A program made the translations under genes and the position numbers. This document shows, one piece after another, positions 39,216 to 51,722 of a stretch of DNA of 64,000 bases. The first letter of the stretch is position 1. The number at the start of each line of letters is the position of its first letter. Below the pieces are notes generated by a model, which made no database searches, was not told the origin of the DNA, and worked only from the letters and a program-made list of their open reading frames with translations. Origin of the DNA: Psilocybe cubensis (taxonomy: Eukaryota); NCBI GenBank assembly GCA_017499595.2, contig CM039010.1, positions 682,001 to 746,000 on the forward strand. Direction: 5' to 3'.

Positions 39216-42200
39216 TTAAAAACAATAGAATACTTCAAGATATTGAGGATTTCGCTTTAGAAGTGCTGAAAAAACTTGATGTAGAAAGTTATCCACGGAA
39301 TTCATCTCATCATTATCGTCAAGATGACCGTGATGCAACTTCCCAAATGATGCACTTTCCCTCCAAATTTTGTCGGCGTCATCGTAGGCACAGTTCATAT
39401 CTTCCATAATAAGCAGGTTGACAACGTGGGGGACCATGACCATGTTGAAAAATGATTCAGCGTTGAACGCACGACTTTTACGCACAGATTCTGATAAATT
39501 TGTGAATTCATCCCAAAACCTATATGCATCCTCTGACGAATATGCTGCCAAAGCGTCCTCTTGTCCAGAGATCTGTTCCACCGGAGATTTGAGTCTGTAC
39601 AAACCTATGTCAAACGTACTGTCGACGAGCAACTCGGTAACATAGTTTAAATCGCCGTCTACAACAAGCTGAGTCCAATAGCTTGCAATCAGACTACGCA
39701 CAATAGGACCATAGCTAGCCAATATTTTAGTTACGTAGATAATATATTGGAAGATGCAATGAACGTACTATCCTGCAGATGCCACATTATAACAATACGG
39801 CGCTCTCTTGTCTAGTTGATTTAGGAATGATAATTTTGGGGTTTCGCATTTAAGAAGCATTAAGCCCACAAATCTTCGCCATGGCAGAGATGTTTCAAAT
39901 CTTGCACAATCCGTGCCGGAGCCTTCGAATATCATAGGGAAATTGTGCTTTACGTGAAGCTCAGCGATACGGTTGGCTACCTGGTCATAATCAATCTCGG
40001 CCACCGGCCAACCATTGCTGCGTGCAGCATCCAGCGAACTTGTCAGTCTCTCTTTGGATCTGAAATAAAGGTGGCTGCAGAGGAGCTGGCTTTTGAAGGA
40101 CATATTCTGGGCTGCCTTGAGACGGTTGCGATTGTTGGCAAGGCGAAACTGGGCACGCGCAACGGCATACTCTTTCATTATCATTTTCAAAGAAATATCT
40201 ATCTCATCTTCAGGCGGGATTGTGTGATGGGGGTCGTCGGATTTAGAACAACCTTGATGAGGGCATGATTTGATAGAAAGGTAATCCAAGCCATCCAATA
40301 CGATCTAGACCGTTAAGAGGGTCAGCATATACCCAATAGAGACGGTCAACACTGAAACAATCCTGTACCTCATTCTTCTGGAACGTAGCCTTCGGCTGGG
40401 ACGTAGCCTTCTCCTGGGACGTAGCCTTTGGCTGGGACGTAGCCTTCGACGTAGCGTTCTCCTGGGATGTAGCCTTGGCCTGGGATGTCGTGTTCTCCTC
40501 AGAAGTAGCGTCTTCGCTGGGTGGAATAGTCTAAAGGTACGGTGATCTTTCAGTCAAAAAACAGATAGAGTGTGTAGACTTACCGTTGATTGTGATACCT
40601 CGTTATTACCGTCATTTTTCTGAGCGCATATCACGAGCACAGGGGTTAGAAATGTAGAAAGATACCGGCACATTTTCGAATGCAAACCTTTGCTTTCTTT
40701 TTGGCTAGTTCCTCAGCCTCAAGACTCGCTGCTTCAGCCGAGCGTTTCTGCAAAATGTGAAGTTAGATAAAGTAAACAATATGCCATCCAATTAAACAAT
40801 ACATACCATACGCTTAATCTCATGTATAGATTGCAAAGATTTGACTACTTTGCTCTAGAGTACGTTGAATAAGGCACCTTTTGAGGAAAAAAAAACAAAA
40901 ATGATAGCACACCTCTTAGAATGTAGTAAATTGTTAGTAGCAAAAAATTAGCATAATAAATAAAAATCATTCGTTACCAACTACGGTACCGTTAAATTTA
41001 CGCGGCAAAGTAGCTGTGGAAGAGCCAATCTCCTATACAGTAGTCATCAGCGGTGTTTGTATACTGAAGGCATGTATTTCCTACCTTTGATTTCTGAGAA
41101 TAAAGATGTACAATAAAATGAAGCGCAGCGGTTGGTAAGATACGAGCCATACCTCTTTAGACGTACGCTCTTTTGAAGCGTTGGGGTCAGACTGTGTGGA
41201 GGCCTTTAGAGGCTCTGGGGCCGGAGCTCGATTCTCTTTTTCAACTTCCTGAAACTCGGGGTTTAGGCATAAAAATTAAAACATTGGACTTAAAAAAAAA
41301 CACACACATTGTGAGCTTCAGGCTTGGAAGAACCGGGTTTTCGTCCTGCTTTGGACTTCGCAGTTGGCCAGTGGAACTTGAGAGTGGAAGCTTCTTCTTG
41401 CACAGGACTGGGCAAGGCGGTCAAACCAATTGCAGGAAGGGCAGTATTCTTATTCTAGATAGCATTCTGTTAAATTTATAACCCACGGCATAATCATGAT
41501 GCTTGGTACCTGTATTTCAGAGTTAGAACGAAGCAGCTCTTTGCCTGTATTCTGGATTTTCCCATATAAACATTGAGCAAAGAATGGGAGGCAAAATTAT
41601 AGAAAATAAAGAGCACCTTGACACCCTTGTTGGCCTTGGCCTTTGCAGTCACTTTTGAATTTAAGACTTTGTCCTCTTCATCGGATTGATCGCTCTCGCT
41701 CTCAACAAACTTAAGCTTGCGTGCCTTACGCGTTACAGATCCAGGGGTCTTCATAATCGATCGTGGAGGAGGCTTGGATTTGGGAGTTGATGAAGGGGAG
41801 ACGTGACGCTCTTTTTGCCGACCGGTCTTTGTGCGAGAATCTTGAGGTTTAGCTGATTCTGCACTGTTGCTGTTCAGCGCGGGTTTTGATGCCTTTTCCT
41901 AAGCACACTCCAAGGTCAATTACACCGGCATGCATTAAATTAACGCCAACTTACACGAGTAGTATCTTCTTGATGGTGTTCCTTGGACTTGCCTGCCAAA
42001 TCCTCGTTGTCGGAGCATTCCTTGTCATTGGAGCATCCCTCGTCATCTTTCGCGTTGTTGAAGACATTATTGAAGTTTTCCTCGTCGTCCAAGCTGCAAC
42101 TAATATTGTCCATCTCTACTTCAACGGGCCCAGAGTCATTAGCAGCCGTTCCATCGCCAGCTTCATCTCTAAGGACCTCAAGACGAGCGCCCTGAATGGT

Positions 42201-43062
42201 TGCACACGCCTTAATATATTTCTTGATGGCTTCTCGGTCAGGTTTCTCCTGTGAGTTCTTTTCATCCTCTATATCTTTGGTGGCTGTTGCAGAAAAATGG
42301 CTAAGAAACTGTTTCAAAAATTCGTCGATGGGCCAGGCGTGACTATATTCGCGAAAGACCTTGGCATTTTTAATAGCCTGTACTCATTTGGGAGTTAGTA
42401 GATTATACGTGCTTAAATAGTTTTTGAGTGAATCACATACGCGTTCTTTTGCACATCTTATCTTGTCTCTTGATTGACGTCTAAACGGTTGGCGAACATC
42501 CAGGTACTGGAAGGCAGCTAGCTTGACTATCCGCTGAACACAACGGCATTTTGGTCATCATGGGCGCACGTAACATCTGCATAAGAAGCTCACATTGAGA
42601 CGCAAGTAATGTTCTTTTGTCAATCCCATGGCAAGCTCGAGGTTAAAGCCACCAAAGGCCTCACCGCATCCTGCCTGGCCAACGGGACAAGGTATTAGCC
42701 TATCATTCTCTTGGTCTTTAGCTACCTTGCGTTAGAACATTTAATCCGTCATTTTAAAATCAACACGCACATAATTGATATTTCAGGTCTTTTACAACCT
42801 TGTCTTTCTCTGCTAACTCTTTTTCTTTCTGAGCCAATTGCTTAATCAGCTCTTCTCTTGAAAGTAGGTGGGGTTCCGAGGAATTTTCAGCCCCGGAGGG
42901 GTTTGCTTTCGAAGAGTTTTCAGGCCCGGTGGAAGGGTTGGGGTTTGCTTTCGAGGAGTTGTCAGGCCTCGCGGCGGAAGGGTCGGGGTTTGCTTTTAGG
43001 GGTTTTGCAGGCCTGGCGGCCCTGGACGGGTTTTGATATGCTTTCGATGATTTCGGCGGCAT
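39216..43062 (-). CDS. Multi-exon protein with an N-terminal Agaricomycete LIPxPxGQAG...WP..FL.QFL domain and a C-terminal RTC4-like domain (may be two genes)
   Basis: RLIPCPVGQAGCGEAFGGFNLELAMGL...YLDVRQ...AWPIDEFLKQFL. C-terminal (G)YYGPIVRSLI...FFNMVMVPHVVNLLIMEDMNCAYDDADKIWRESASFG fits the RTC4 pattern. Basic, low-complexity middle region. Confidence 0.6.
40378..40510. repeat. Coding 18-bp tandem repeat (EKATSQ/PKATSQ) inside the RTC4-like gene
   Basis: Repeated gacgtagcctt(c/t)..ctgg units. Confidence 0.75.
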
Positions 43063-43321
43063 GGAAGCTAGGAGGCGAAAGTAGTCGCTGTGTACTGTTC
43101 AGTTGAAGTTTCAGAGGTATATAACAAAGCGTTGGCGGAAAAACTCGGATGCATTGCCCAGCTAAAAGATAATATACGCTAGTCCTTATTTGGTAGCGTT
43201 ATACGCGGGGGCGCGATGTTTGGGGTATACGCTCACGTGAGGTTGTTCTAAGCGTATACCGGGCGGTTTGCGTCGATTTCAACTTCCAAGTCCCAAAAGC
43301 CCAAGTCCTGACAAATACAGC

Positions 43322-43907
43322 ATGTCCTTTAACGTGAGTTATTTCTCCGGAGGCCATTATGTTACCTAAACAACCGATGACTTTGGGCTAAAATTCTATA
43401 CAGAAACACAACTGCGTCAATTCTGCAGACGGTAAACGTCCCGATGCCCCAGTCGACGTACCACCAGCAAGCCCAGCGTGCATTTGTTGCGTTTTACTTC
43501 CGATGGCGGGCCTTTTGAATACGGATTCGGTTGATAGCACCTGCTTGCAGCCAACCAATTCCTCAGATACTACACCCACGGAACCTGCTTACCGCCAGCT
43601 GCCCACTGTCGAATGCGTCTGCGGCTGTATATCGCTCCAGCAAACAGCCCACGCTGCGTCCAGCAAACAGCCGCATCAAGTTAAGAAAAAACCAGTCCAA
43701 TCAATCCCGCTTTGGCATGCCTTTGTGCAGCAGGTACAACCTGCCGTCCCTCCGAAACAGCAAGCAATAGCCTCATGCCAGAATCCTATGAAGGGCGGGG
43801 TAAAACGGCAGGATACCCTTATTGTTGAAGACTTGCCTAGAAAGGATATAGGAGGAGAGAAACCCCGTTCTTTAAAGCGTAGCAATACGGAAATCTTCAT
43901 TTTATAG
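43322..43907 (+). CDS. Small hypothetical protein
   Basis: ATGTCCTTTAAC|gtgag intron, then an open frame through ORF 43503-43907 ending LKRSNTEIFIL*. Confidence 0.45.
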
Positions 43908-43979
43908 TACAATAAAGCTTTGGAGCAGAAATAATATACCTACATGCGTTTATGCTACAAATATTATTCCCCGGCTGCT

Positions 43980-46900
43980 TCAAATTTGAATATCTGCTAA
44001 ATTGTCAGAAGCACTCAGGTTAGAAAGCAGTGTGGTCATACCAGAAAGAGGTAAAGTCAGCTGGGAAGTAGCCCAGTTGTTGATGGTCACCAGCCGTTGT
44101 CGATCTTGTGAATGACTAGTCTTGCAAAGATGATGTTTAGACAGATAGGTCTTAGACCACGCTTTGATATGCTCCTGCTTGATAACAACATTCTTGCCGC
44201 GACAAAGAACATGTTGATTGATGTGAAGGCCGGCTTCCCATGCGCAATCCAAAATGAGAACTTCTTCTCCCAGATAATCTATCAACTCGCGAATGAACCA
44301 AGCAGTCCATCGGCAGTCAACAGGCGGAAAGTTAAACCAGTGCTCAAGGATGGTCGAACAAAATTGCAGAACACAGGTCTTCGAAACGGTGTTATACTTA
44401 AAAGATCGAGGAGCGTAGACGTAAACAGATTCTCTTGGTTGAAACCCGCTGATAAAGGAAGCGGCGTCGAACTCTGCATTTGTTTGTACAGCCAAAACTT
44501 CTTCAACCCGTCGAACCAGTCACTAGTCCCTACCACTTTTTATGATAAAACAATAGCAAGTGTTAGCACACTCTTTTTATAACTGTTGATGGTTTTATCA
44601 CAAAGCAAAATAATGAGAAGACTGGTCTATTTCTCATAAGTTTACTTCGCTTTTTCAAAGCCTTTTTCATTAGATAATACCCTTCTTTCTCATTATCTTT
44701 AGGGCGCTTTTTCATTACCTTTTGATTAGATACCAGCCTGGTTATTTGATAAGATTGTTCTACATCAATATATCTTATCTTTGCTTGGTCATTTCTGATG
44801 CCATGCCATCAAATCAGGAACACTGTGGGTACTTCTAGGCCATGTCTATCAATCCATCAAAGCTATTATTAAATAAACTTTTCTCTCCTCGGCCCCTTGG
44901 TCTATAAATAGTGCTCATCCTATGCTACTTTTGTGCATTGCTGGCAATGGATTGGGCGCTTTTGGGGGCATTTCTGGACCGTTTCCCTTGGTGTTTTTTA
45001 GTAGACCTATAGTTTTAAAGTGTCCCAATCCGAATATGAAATCAGAATTGCAATATCTTTACTCATTATTGTGCAATTAAGCGTACGATGTTTTGATCAA
45101 AAAGCGCACCTTGAATAGCACCATCCAGGGGCTGGTATGCACCATTTTGACTATGCAATTATTTTTTATTTATAATAGACGGAGTACATGCCAAGTTTCA
45201 GATCAATTAGAGCAGTGGAACCTATTGAACTAGCATATGCATCCTACCTCTCCTCCTACCCCTTGTATGAATACCTTCCTGATCAGATAAATTCAAGCCC
45301 AACTGGGATAAAGTAGGCGCTTATTATACCAATTTTTAAAGCCTAAAATATTGGTGAAACTTTAAGATTTAAGGGTACTACCCCCTACTCCCTCCAGAAC
45401 TTGTGTATTTTATTATGGGATAGGATGGGCTCTCAGACCATTGAAAGACATGTAGATCCATTACTAACAGTACATAGAGTCCAAAATTTACCCTTGAAAG
45501 CCCTCTTCAACAAGGGAACATACTGATTTAAGGGGGGGTATGAGGATAGGTATGGTAGGTTATTGATCAGGCCATATCTCTACAAATACATTGTCATAAA
45601 TCATATTCTTGACGTCTACAGATACCTATAGTTGCCCCCTAAATATCTTTCTTAGGCTGCAAAAAGATCCGTCCATTAGCTGAGATGCTGCAGAGGGAAT
45701 ACCATTCTTCATCAAAATGCATAGTATTTTCGCATTTACCATATATAAATGATTATGATCAGGAAATATAAAAGCAGGATAGTATAGCCTCAAAATGCAG
45801 CTTTCCAGAACATCAAGGATGTTGTGCATCGGACCAGTGGTTGCTGAGATATGGAAAGAAAGGTGTTGAAGAACCCATCAGAGACCCGGATGGATATTGG
45901 CCTTTATTTATGCTTTGTTTGTGGTCACCTCTTTGGCCTTTCTCCGAGATACATTTTGACATATCTCAGCTCATACTCATCGGATTTCCATGAGTCTATA
46001 TACCACAGATAGGTGTCATTTAGGGCTACACAGACGTATAGTTTATGTATTTTATAAATGTTATCTTTTACATCATATTTCGCTTTTCCTCCATTTTTGA
46101 ACAACAATGCTTTTTCTTCTTGTACCATCTTGTTAAGCGTTCTGGTCATTTGGCAGTATGAATATAATATGTAGAGGACCTTAGTAGCTATCTGTAAATG
46201 TAAGATATGTGCATTTTGGTGAAGTATAAGTGGTGATATGGTCATATTATGTTGTACATCCAATACCTTTTTATTAGCCTCATAACCAAGGTGTTCCCCT
46301 TCACTCTGAATGCTTCAAAGATATGTATTGCGTCTGTGGTACTATATAGAGCAGATTTACATACCTATATGTGCTGGGAATGGCCATTCTACCCCATAAT
46401 AAAATATACAAATTCTGGAGAGGATGGGGGGTAGTACCCTTAAATCTTAGAATTGCACCAAGATTTTGGGCTCTAAAAATTGGTATAATGGACGCCTACC
46501 CAGCCCTGGTTGGGCATAAATTTATCTGATCAGGAAGGCATTTGTACAAGGGGTAGGAGGAGGGGTAGGGTGCACATCCTAGTTCAATAGGTTCCACTGC
46601 TCTAATTGATCTAAAACCTGGCATGTACTCCGTCTATTATAAATGAAAAATAATTGCATAGTCAAAATGGTGCATACCAGCCCCTGGATGGTGCTATTCA
46701 AGGTGCGCTTTTTGATCAAAACATCGTACGCTTAATTGCACAATAATGAGTAAAGATATTGCAATTCTGATTTTATATTCGGATTGGTACACTTTAAAAC
46801 TATAGGTCTACCAAAAAACACCAAGGGAAACGGTCCAGAAATGCCCCCAAAAGCGCCCAATCCATTGCCAGCAATGCACAAAAGTAGCATAGGATGAGCA

Positions 46901-49900
46901 CTATTTATAGACCAAGGGGCCGAGGAGAGAAAAGTTTATTTAATAATAGCTTTGATGGATTGATAGACATGGCCTAGAAGTACCCACAGTGTTCCTGATT
47001 TGATGGCATGGCATCAGAAATGACCAAGCAAAGATAAGATATATTGATGTAGAACAATCTTATCAAATAACCAGGCTAGTATCTAATCAAAAGGTAATAA
47101 AAAAGCGCCCTAAAGATAATGAGAAAGAAGGGTATTATCTAATGAAAAAGGCTTTGAAAAAGCGAAGTAAACTTATGAGAAATAGACCAGTCTTCTCATT
47201 ATTTTGCTTTGTGATAAAACCATCAACAGTTATAAAAAGAGTGTGCTAACACTTGCTATTGTTTTATCAAAAAGATGGTAGGTACCACTCAACCAGTACA
47301 CCCAAGCCATTTGAGATGTCGTCCTTGCTACGATAGGCTTGCTCGAGGACGCTGTCCAACCACTCCCATAATAGAACGTTGGAAAGGAGAAGCTGCTTTT
47401 GTTGGAATTGGAGATCAAGTTTCGAAATTGTCTTCTTCTGGCTGTATGAAGCGTATAATTCGCAGGCTCTACGAATGTCACCTGAAATCACAGGCTGACT
47501 GAGAATTTCGGATATCAAAGACACGTCAAGCCACTTTGACTGCCCTTGAGAGGGAGTGTTATCGATTGGGAGGCGTTTTAAAGCAGCCAAAATTTTTGAT
47601 ATGCATTCTGGCCTCAAAGCATTCAAAAATTTGCTTGTTCCTATACAAAAAAAGCGGTCAGAAACCTTGAATTCAGGCTGAAACAGCGGAAAAATTGAAC
47701 CAACCTAGGGATGTTACCGAACTGCTATGCCGGGTAATTCGTTCTTTAGGAGCAGCATTTTTCTTGGAAGCTTATAGTTTTGTTTGCACAGCGGACATTT
47801 AGTAAGGTTTGAACTGACGAACCTTTCGATTTTGTGACCGTAGAATCTCTGTCTCCATATAGATTGTCTTCGAAGTTCAGATTGATATCTGGCCCGGAGT
47901 TGCTTTCGGGATTCTTGCGATGGCTCATTCGGCGAGCCTTGCTTGAGGTCAAGGTTTCTAAATTTTTGCTTGTAGATATTTGAACTCGACGGAGACAATA
48001 ATATTTTACATACGTTGTGATGTATTTCTACGCTTTTTGATATGTAAATCCATTTCAGAAACATCCCTAGTCCGTGCCCGTTTAACCGCTCCTGTGCATG
48101 TGTCAGTTATCAGGACGATGAAAGCATAATAAAAGTAAGCAACTAACCCTTGCGCGAACCTGTTTTGCTCTGTAATCCAATCACGGCTTCTTCGTCGTGG
48201 TCTCCAGCGGTTACACACAAAGGAATAGACTTTGCTGAGCTTTCCATGTGTTTTTTCCATTCTTGTACAGCCTCTTGGAGTTCAACGTTACCGTACGGTG
48301 CTTCGGACATAGAATCCGAGTTACAAAGCCTTGCAAGATCCTCTGACAAAAGATCCTCGATGGATGAAACGCCTAATCCACTAAGGATGCCTGAGTAGTC
48401 GGTACCGATTTTGACATCATCGCCTCTCCATCCGGGACCCAGATCCCACTCATCCGCCGTAACTCTCTTATTATCGATAACCACAGAAACCATTTTCATG
48501 GCTAACGATTTATCAACGCGTGGAATCAATTCCGGAGGCAACTGACGGGCAAAATGCGTGATTGCTTGGAGAAGAAGTCGACTGAAGTGATTGATATGAG
48601 CCTTAGGAGAAAGTAAAGAACCTCCGTCCGCAGTCCATGTAGCTTGCTTGCACATTGGCGTCTTCGATAATTTGTGCGACCTAAATTTCATTTAAGATGC
48701 TGGGCATGATGTAACGTTTATGCTGACAGACGTACACTGGATTTCGCATTTCAATACCGATGGCAAAAGTTGTATCATTAACTCCAGCCGCAAAAGCGAC
48801 GCTATCAACCCCGTCAATTAGTTGACCAGGAGGGTAACCGATGAGAGTTAGGCGATAGTAGATTTCGTTGGGTTGTTGGACGTAAATGGGTTGATGACCT
48901 CCATGGAAATGGAGACCAGAGAAAAATATGACGGAAAACTCCTCCATGAGATACGCCAATCCGCAGCATAAAATGTAAAAATTTTCAGGCGCCACGTCGG
49001 CCCTGTAGCGACTGAGAACGTGCATACAAGTTGGAGCACCTGAACTGTCGGCAGCGTCAACATGTGCCATCCCAAATTTTCCGAGCGAGGATTCCAAGGC
49101 AACATCTAAGCCAAAAATGAAGTTCAGATTGTATAATAGTTATGCGGGACACACCATGCTGTGGAACTCCAGGAGCTACATTCAGTTGCCAAGACGGCCA
49201 GACGCAATTATCATCATATCCTACTGGCGCTAGCGAGGCCACCTCGGCTTGACACTTCAGGCGCTGGAACAAATGCTTGGATGCTTTCTTAACTCCTTCA
49301 ATACCAGCTTTTGCCCCAGCCTGAGAATGCAATCAATTGACGTGTAAAACGTTCAGCGAACGACGTACTTGAAGTATATTGAACCGCATTTGCAGATCAT
49401 AATCCCTGGCCTGAGTATACACTTTGCTCTGAACTCCTGGAGCGCTGAGGGATTTCTGTGCCTGTAGGGTTGATCCAAGGGTGTAGCATCGAGGACCGGA
49501 CTTGATATTAACTGCGCAATCGCTTCGTTCAAACTGAATACCCCCCGAGTACTCTCCGTTTGTGTCCTTAACGGGTTTCTGCGAAGACATAAGTTCTTGA
49601 GGCCCCAAGATTTCTTCCTGAAGTCTGCGGCATTCTTGAAGGTCTATTGGATCTCGCTCATGTCTGACGGTTGTTTAATCACAAAATCAAATGCAAAAAA
49701 AAAGATCCTTACTTGCTCAGTGTCCAGGATTTAAGTACATCGTCTCCAGGAAGCCCCGAACCGTATCTATTGCGTTCTAAATAAAAAATGTTGTCGCTTG
49801 GTTTTATGTATAGCATTCCTGAAAAATAGAAAAACTGTCAATGCCAGCGGGTGAATTACAGAAAGGGATCAATCGCCTTGCATCTGTCCTTCTGCTGCAG

Positions 49901-50414
49901 TGCTCGGTACCTTCAAATTAGCGGAGTAATGAAATCTATGCCTCATCGCGTCCATTGACCAATCTGCAATGCCCAGGATGATCCGGGCCTTGGGGTCGTC
50001 GACTTTAGGATGTGATTTAAGTTCATATAAAACCGGAAGCTGAGGGTCGCGTCCGACAAGTTCCGTCATAAGGCGAGAATCAGCAGGAGGGTCAATTTCA
50101 ATGCGGTTGTCGTGAGAAGGAGGAGCGACATCCGATTGTTCAATAGTCGCATCGGTCTGAGGTGTTAGACGTCCCGTCGTAGAAATGGATTCAGAGGGAG
50201 GATGTGGCGGAATGCGGTTGTCAGAAGCCCGAAATGTAGGGTTCGATTGCCCCAAAGTTGCTGCTGTACGAGGCATCCGGCGTTTAGAACCCTGGGTCGG
50301 GGAGGGCGTCGACGCTGCTACCTTGCGACGCAATACCGGCCGGAGCGACTTGGGTGGAGGAGCGGCCGGCGCTGACGCGACTGTACGACTTTTACTTCTG
50401 GTCTCTGCGGGCAT
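43980..50414 (-). pseudogene. TET/JBP-family 2OG-Fe(II) dioxygenase gene, interrupted in its 3' part by a foldback element
   Basis: WPSWQLNVAPG...FGMAHVDAAD (HxDxxD)...FFSGLHFHGGHQP (distal H)...YRLTLIGYP (R). The frame on each side of the insertion joins as NGLGVLV|RRVEEVLAVQTN. Confidence 0.75.
44521..47290. mobile_element. Non-autonomous foldback/Mutator-like DNA transposon with ~0.9 kb TIRs and a 7-bp TSD (AACCAGT)
   Basis: Left arm 44521 to ~45440 is the reverse complement of ~46370-47290. AACCAGT lies at 44514-44520 and 47291-47297. AT-rich, with no recognisable transposase. Confidence 0.93.
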
Positions 50415-51458
50415 CGGAAATTGGGGGATGGAAGGGAAAGAGAGCGGAAGAACGAATGACAACCAATTAGTCTGGGCAGCTGAGCATAACAATAACGGGC
50501 ACGTACCGGGACTCGGCGAGAAATTGAAATACAGAATGTCAATTCCACCCGCACCTCATGCAAACGGTCTCCAATCCGCCTCCATTTTTCAGGCACGTAC
50601 CTATGGCCCGTTTCTTTCCACTTTTGTTTCAAACTTTTGTCTCAAATTTGTCTGACCTCCAAGTACAATTAATACGCTTTATAAAAGTAAGGACGCCCCA
50701 AGAAAGCGCCATTTTGTCCATAGTAAGGGCAAGTAGGTGCCTGTAACCCTGGAAATCATTCCGCCGCCCCACCGTCGATTACTTAGGCTGTGACGTCTAC
50801 GGTAACCAGCCCTACATACGTATGGAACTAATGCGTGTGTAGATATTCCTACGCGCCTACTCGGTCATCCGAATACATACAGATGGCTAAGATGGGTAAA
50901 TAACGTACGATAATCTTTGTATATACGCCGTCAATCGAATTCAATTCGAGTTTGAGACCGCGCTGACCTGCCGCCGCGCGAGTAAAGCAGGAGTACAATC
51001 TATTTATCGGGCTGGCTAAGATCACGTCTGGGTACTGATATGCAAATGACGACATACCGGGACCAATCCGCCATGCTGGCTCTTCGATGTCGTCATACGT
51101 TATTGAGCGGGCACTGCTGCTGCGAGGCGCAGACCAGCATACCCCCTACAACTGTAGGGTAGGAGGATCAATGCATATCCCTTATTCTGAATTTAGAAGA
51201 TAAAGGCGCGATCGACTTGTGCGCGCGCCCAATTAATTTGTCGCGAGTCGCTGCCTGTGCGTACTTACCAGTTATTATAATCGAGCGTTGTCAATACGGT
51301 ATACACTAGTTACAAAGACGCAACAGATTTTCTAATTCTGCCTAGGTATCTCTACTAACTAGACGGTACGGTTTTCCTCCTCCCGTATTGGGCATGTTGG
51401 CGGAAGAGAGAAGAAGGAAACCATGAGAAAGTGTTGAATTGCCCAACTTGACGCACGG

Positions 51459-51502
51459 GATTTCGAAATCCATGCCGAGTGTTCGGCATGGATTTCGAAA
51501 TC
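51459..51502. repeat. Perfect hairpin (20-bp stem, 4-nt loop)
   Basis: GATTTCGAAATCCATGCCGA-GTGT-TCGGCATGGATTTCGAAATC. Confidence 0.95.
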
Positions 51503-51722
51503 GCCGGGTACTTATTCCCGATACTGGCAAAAGACAACTCTTTTCCGATCCTCTACCACTCAAAGGCGTACGCTGCCGTAGCGCGCGCGGGGGGCATAAC
51601 GATGTCGATCGTAGATTAGGTATATATAATAGCTTAGATCGTACACATTTTATATACATGAAGTCGTAGTAACATGATATTCCTTCCCAGAAAACATCGA
51701 CGCGCATCGATTCGTCTCGATC

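Noticed and set aside
45626-46434. ORFs in the foldback spacer as a possible transposase
   Set aside because: Short and AT-rich, with no DDE or Zn-finger motifs recognised.
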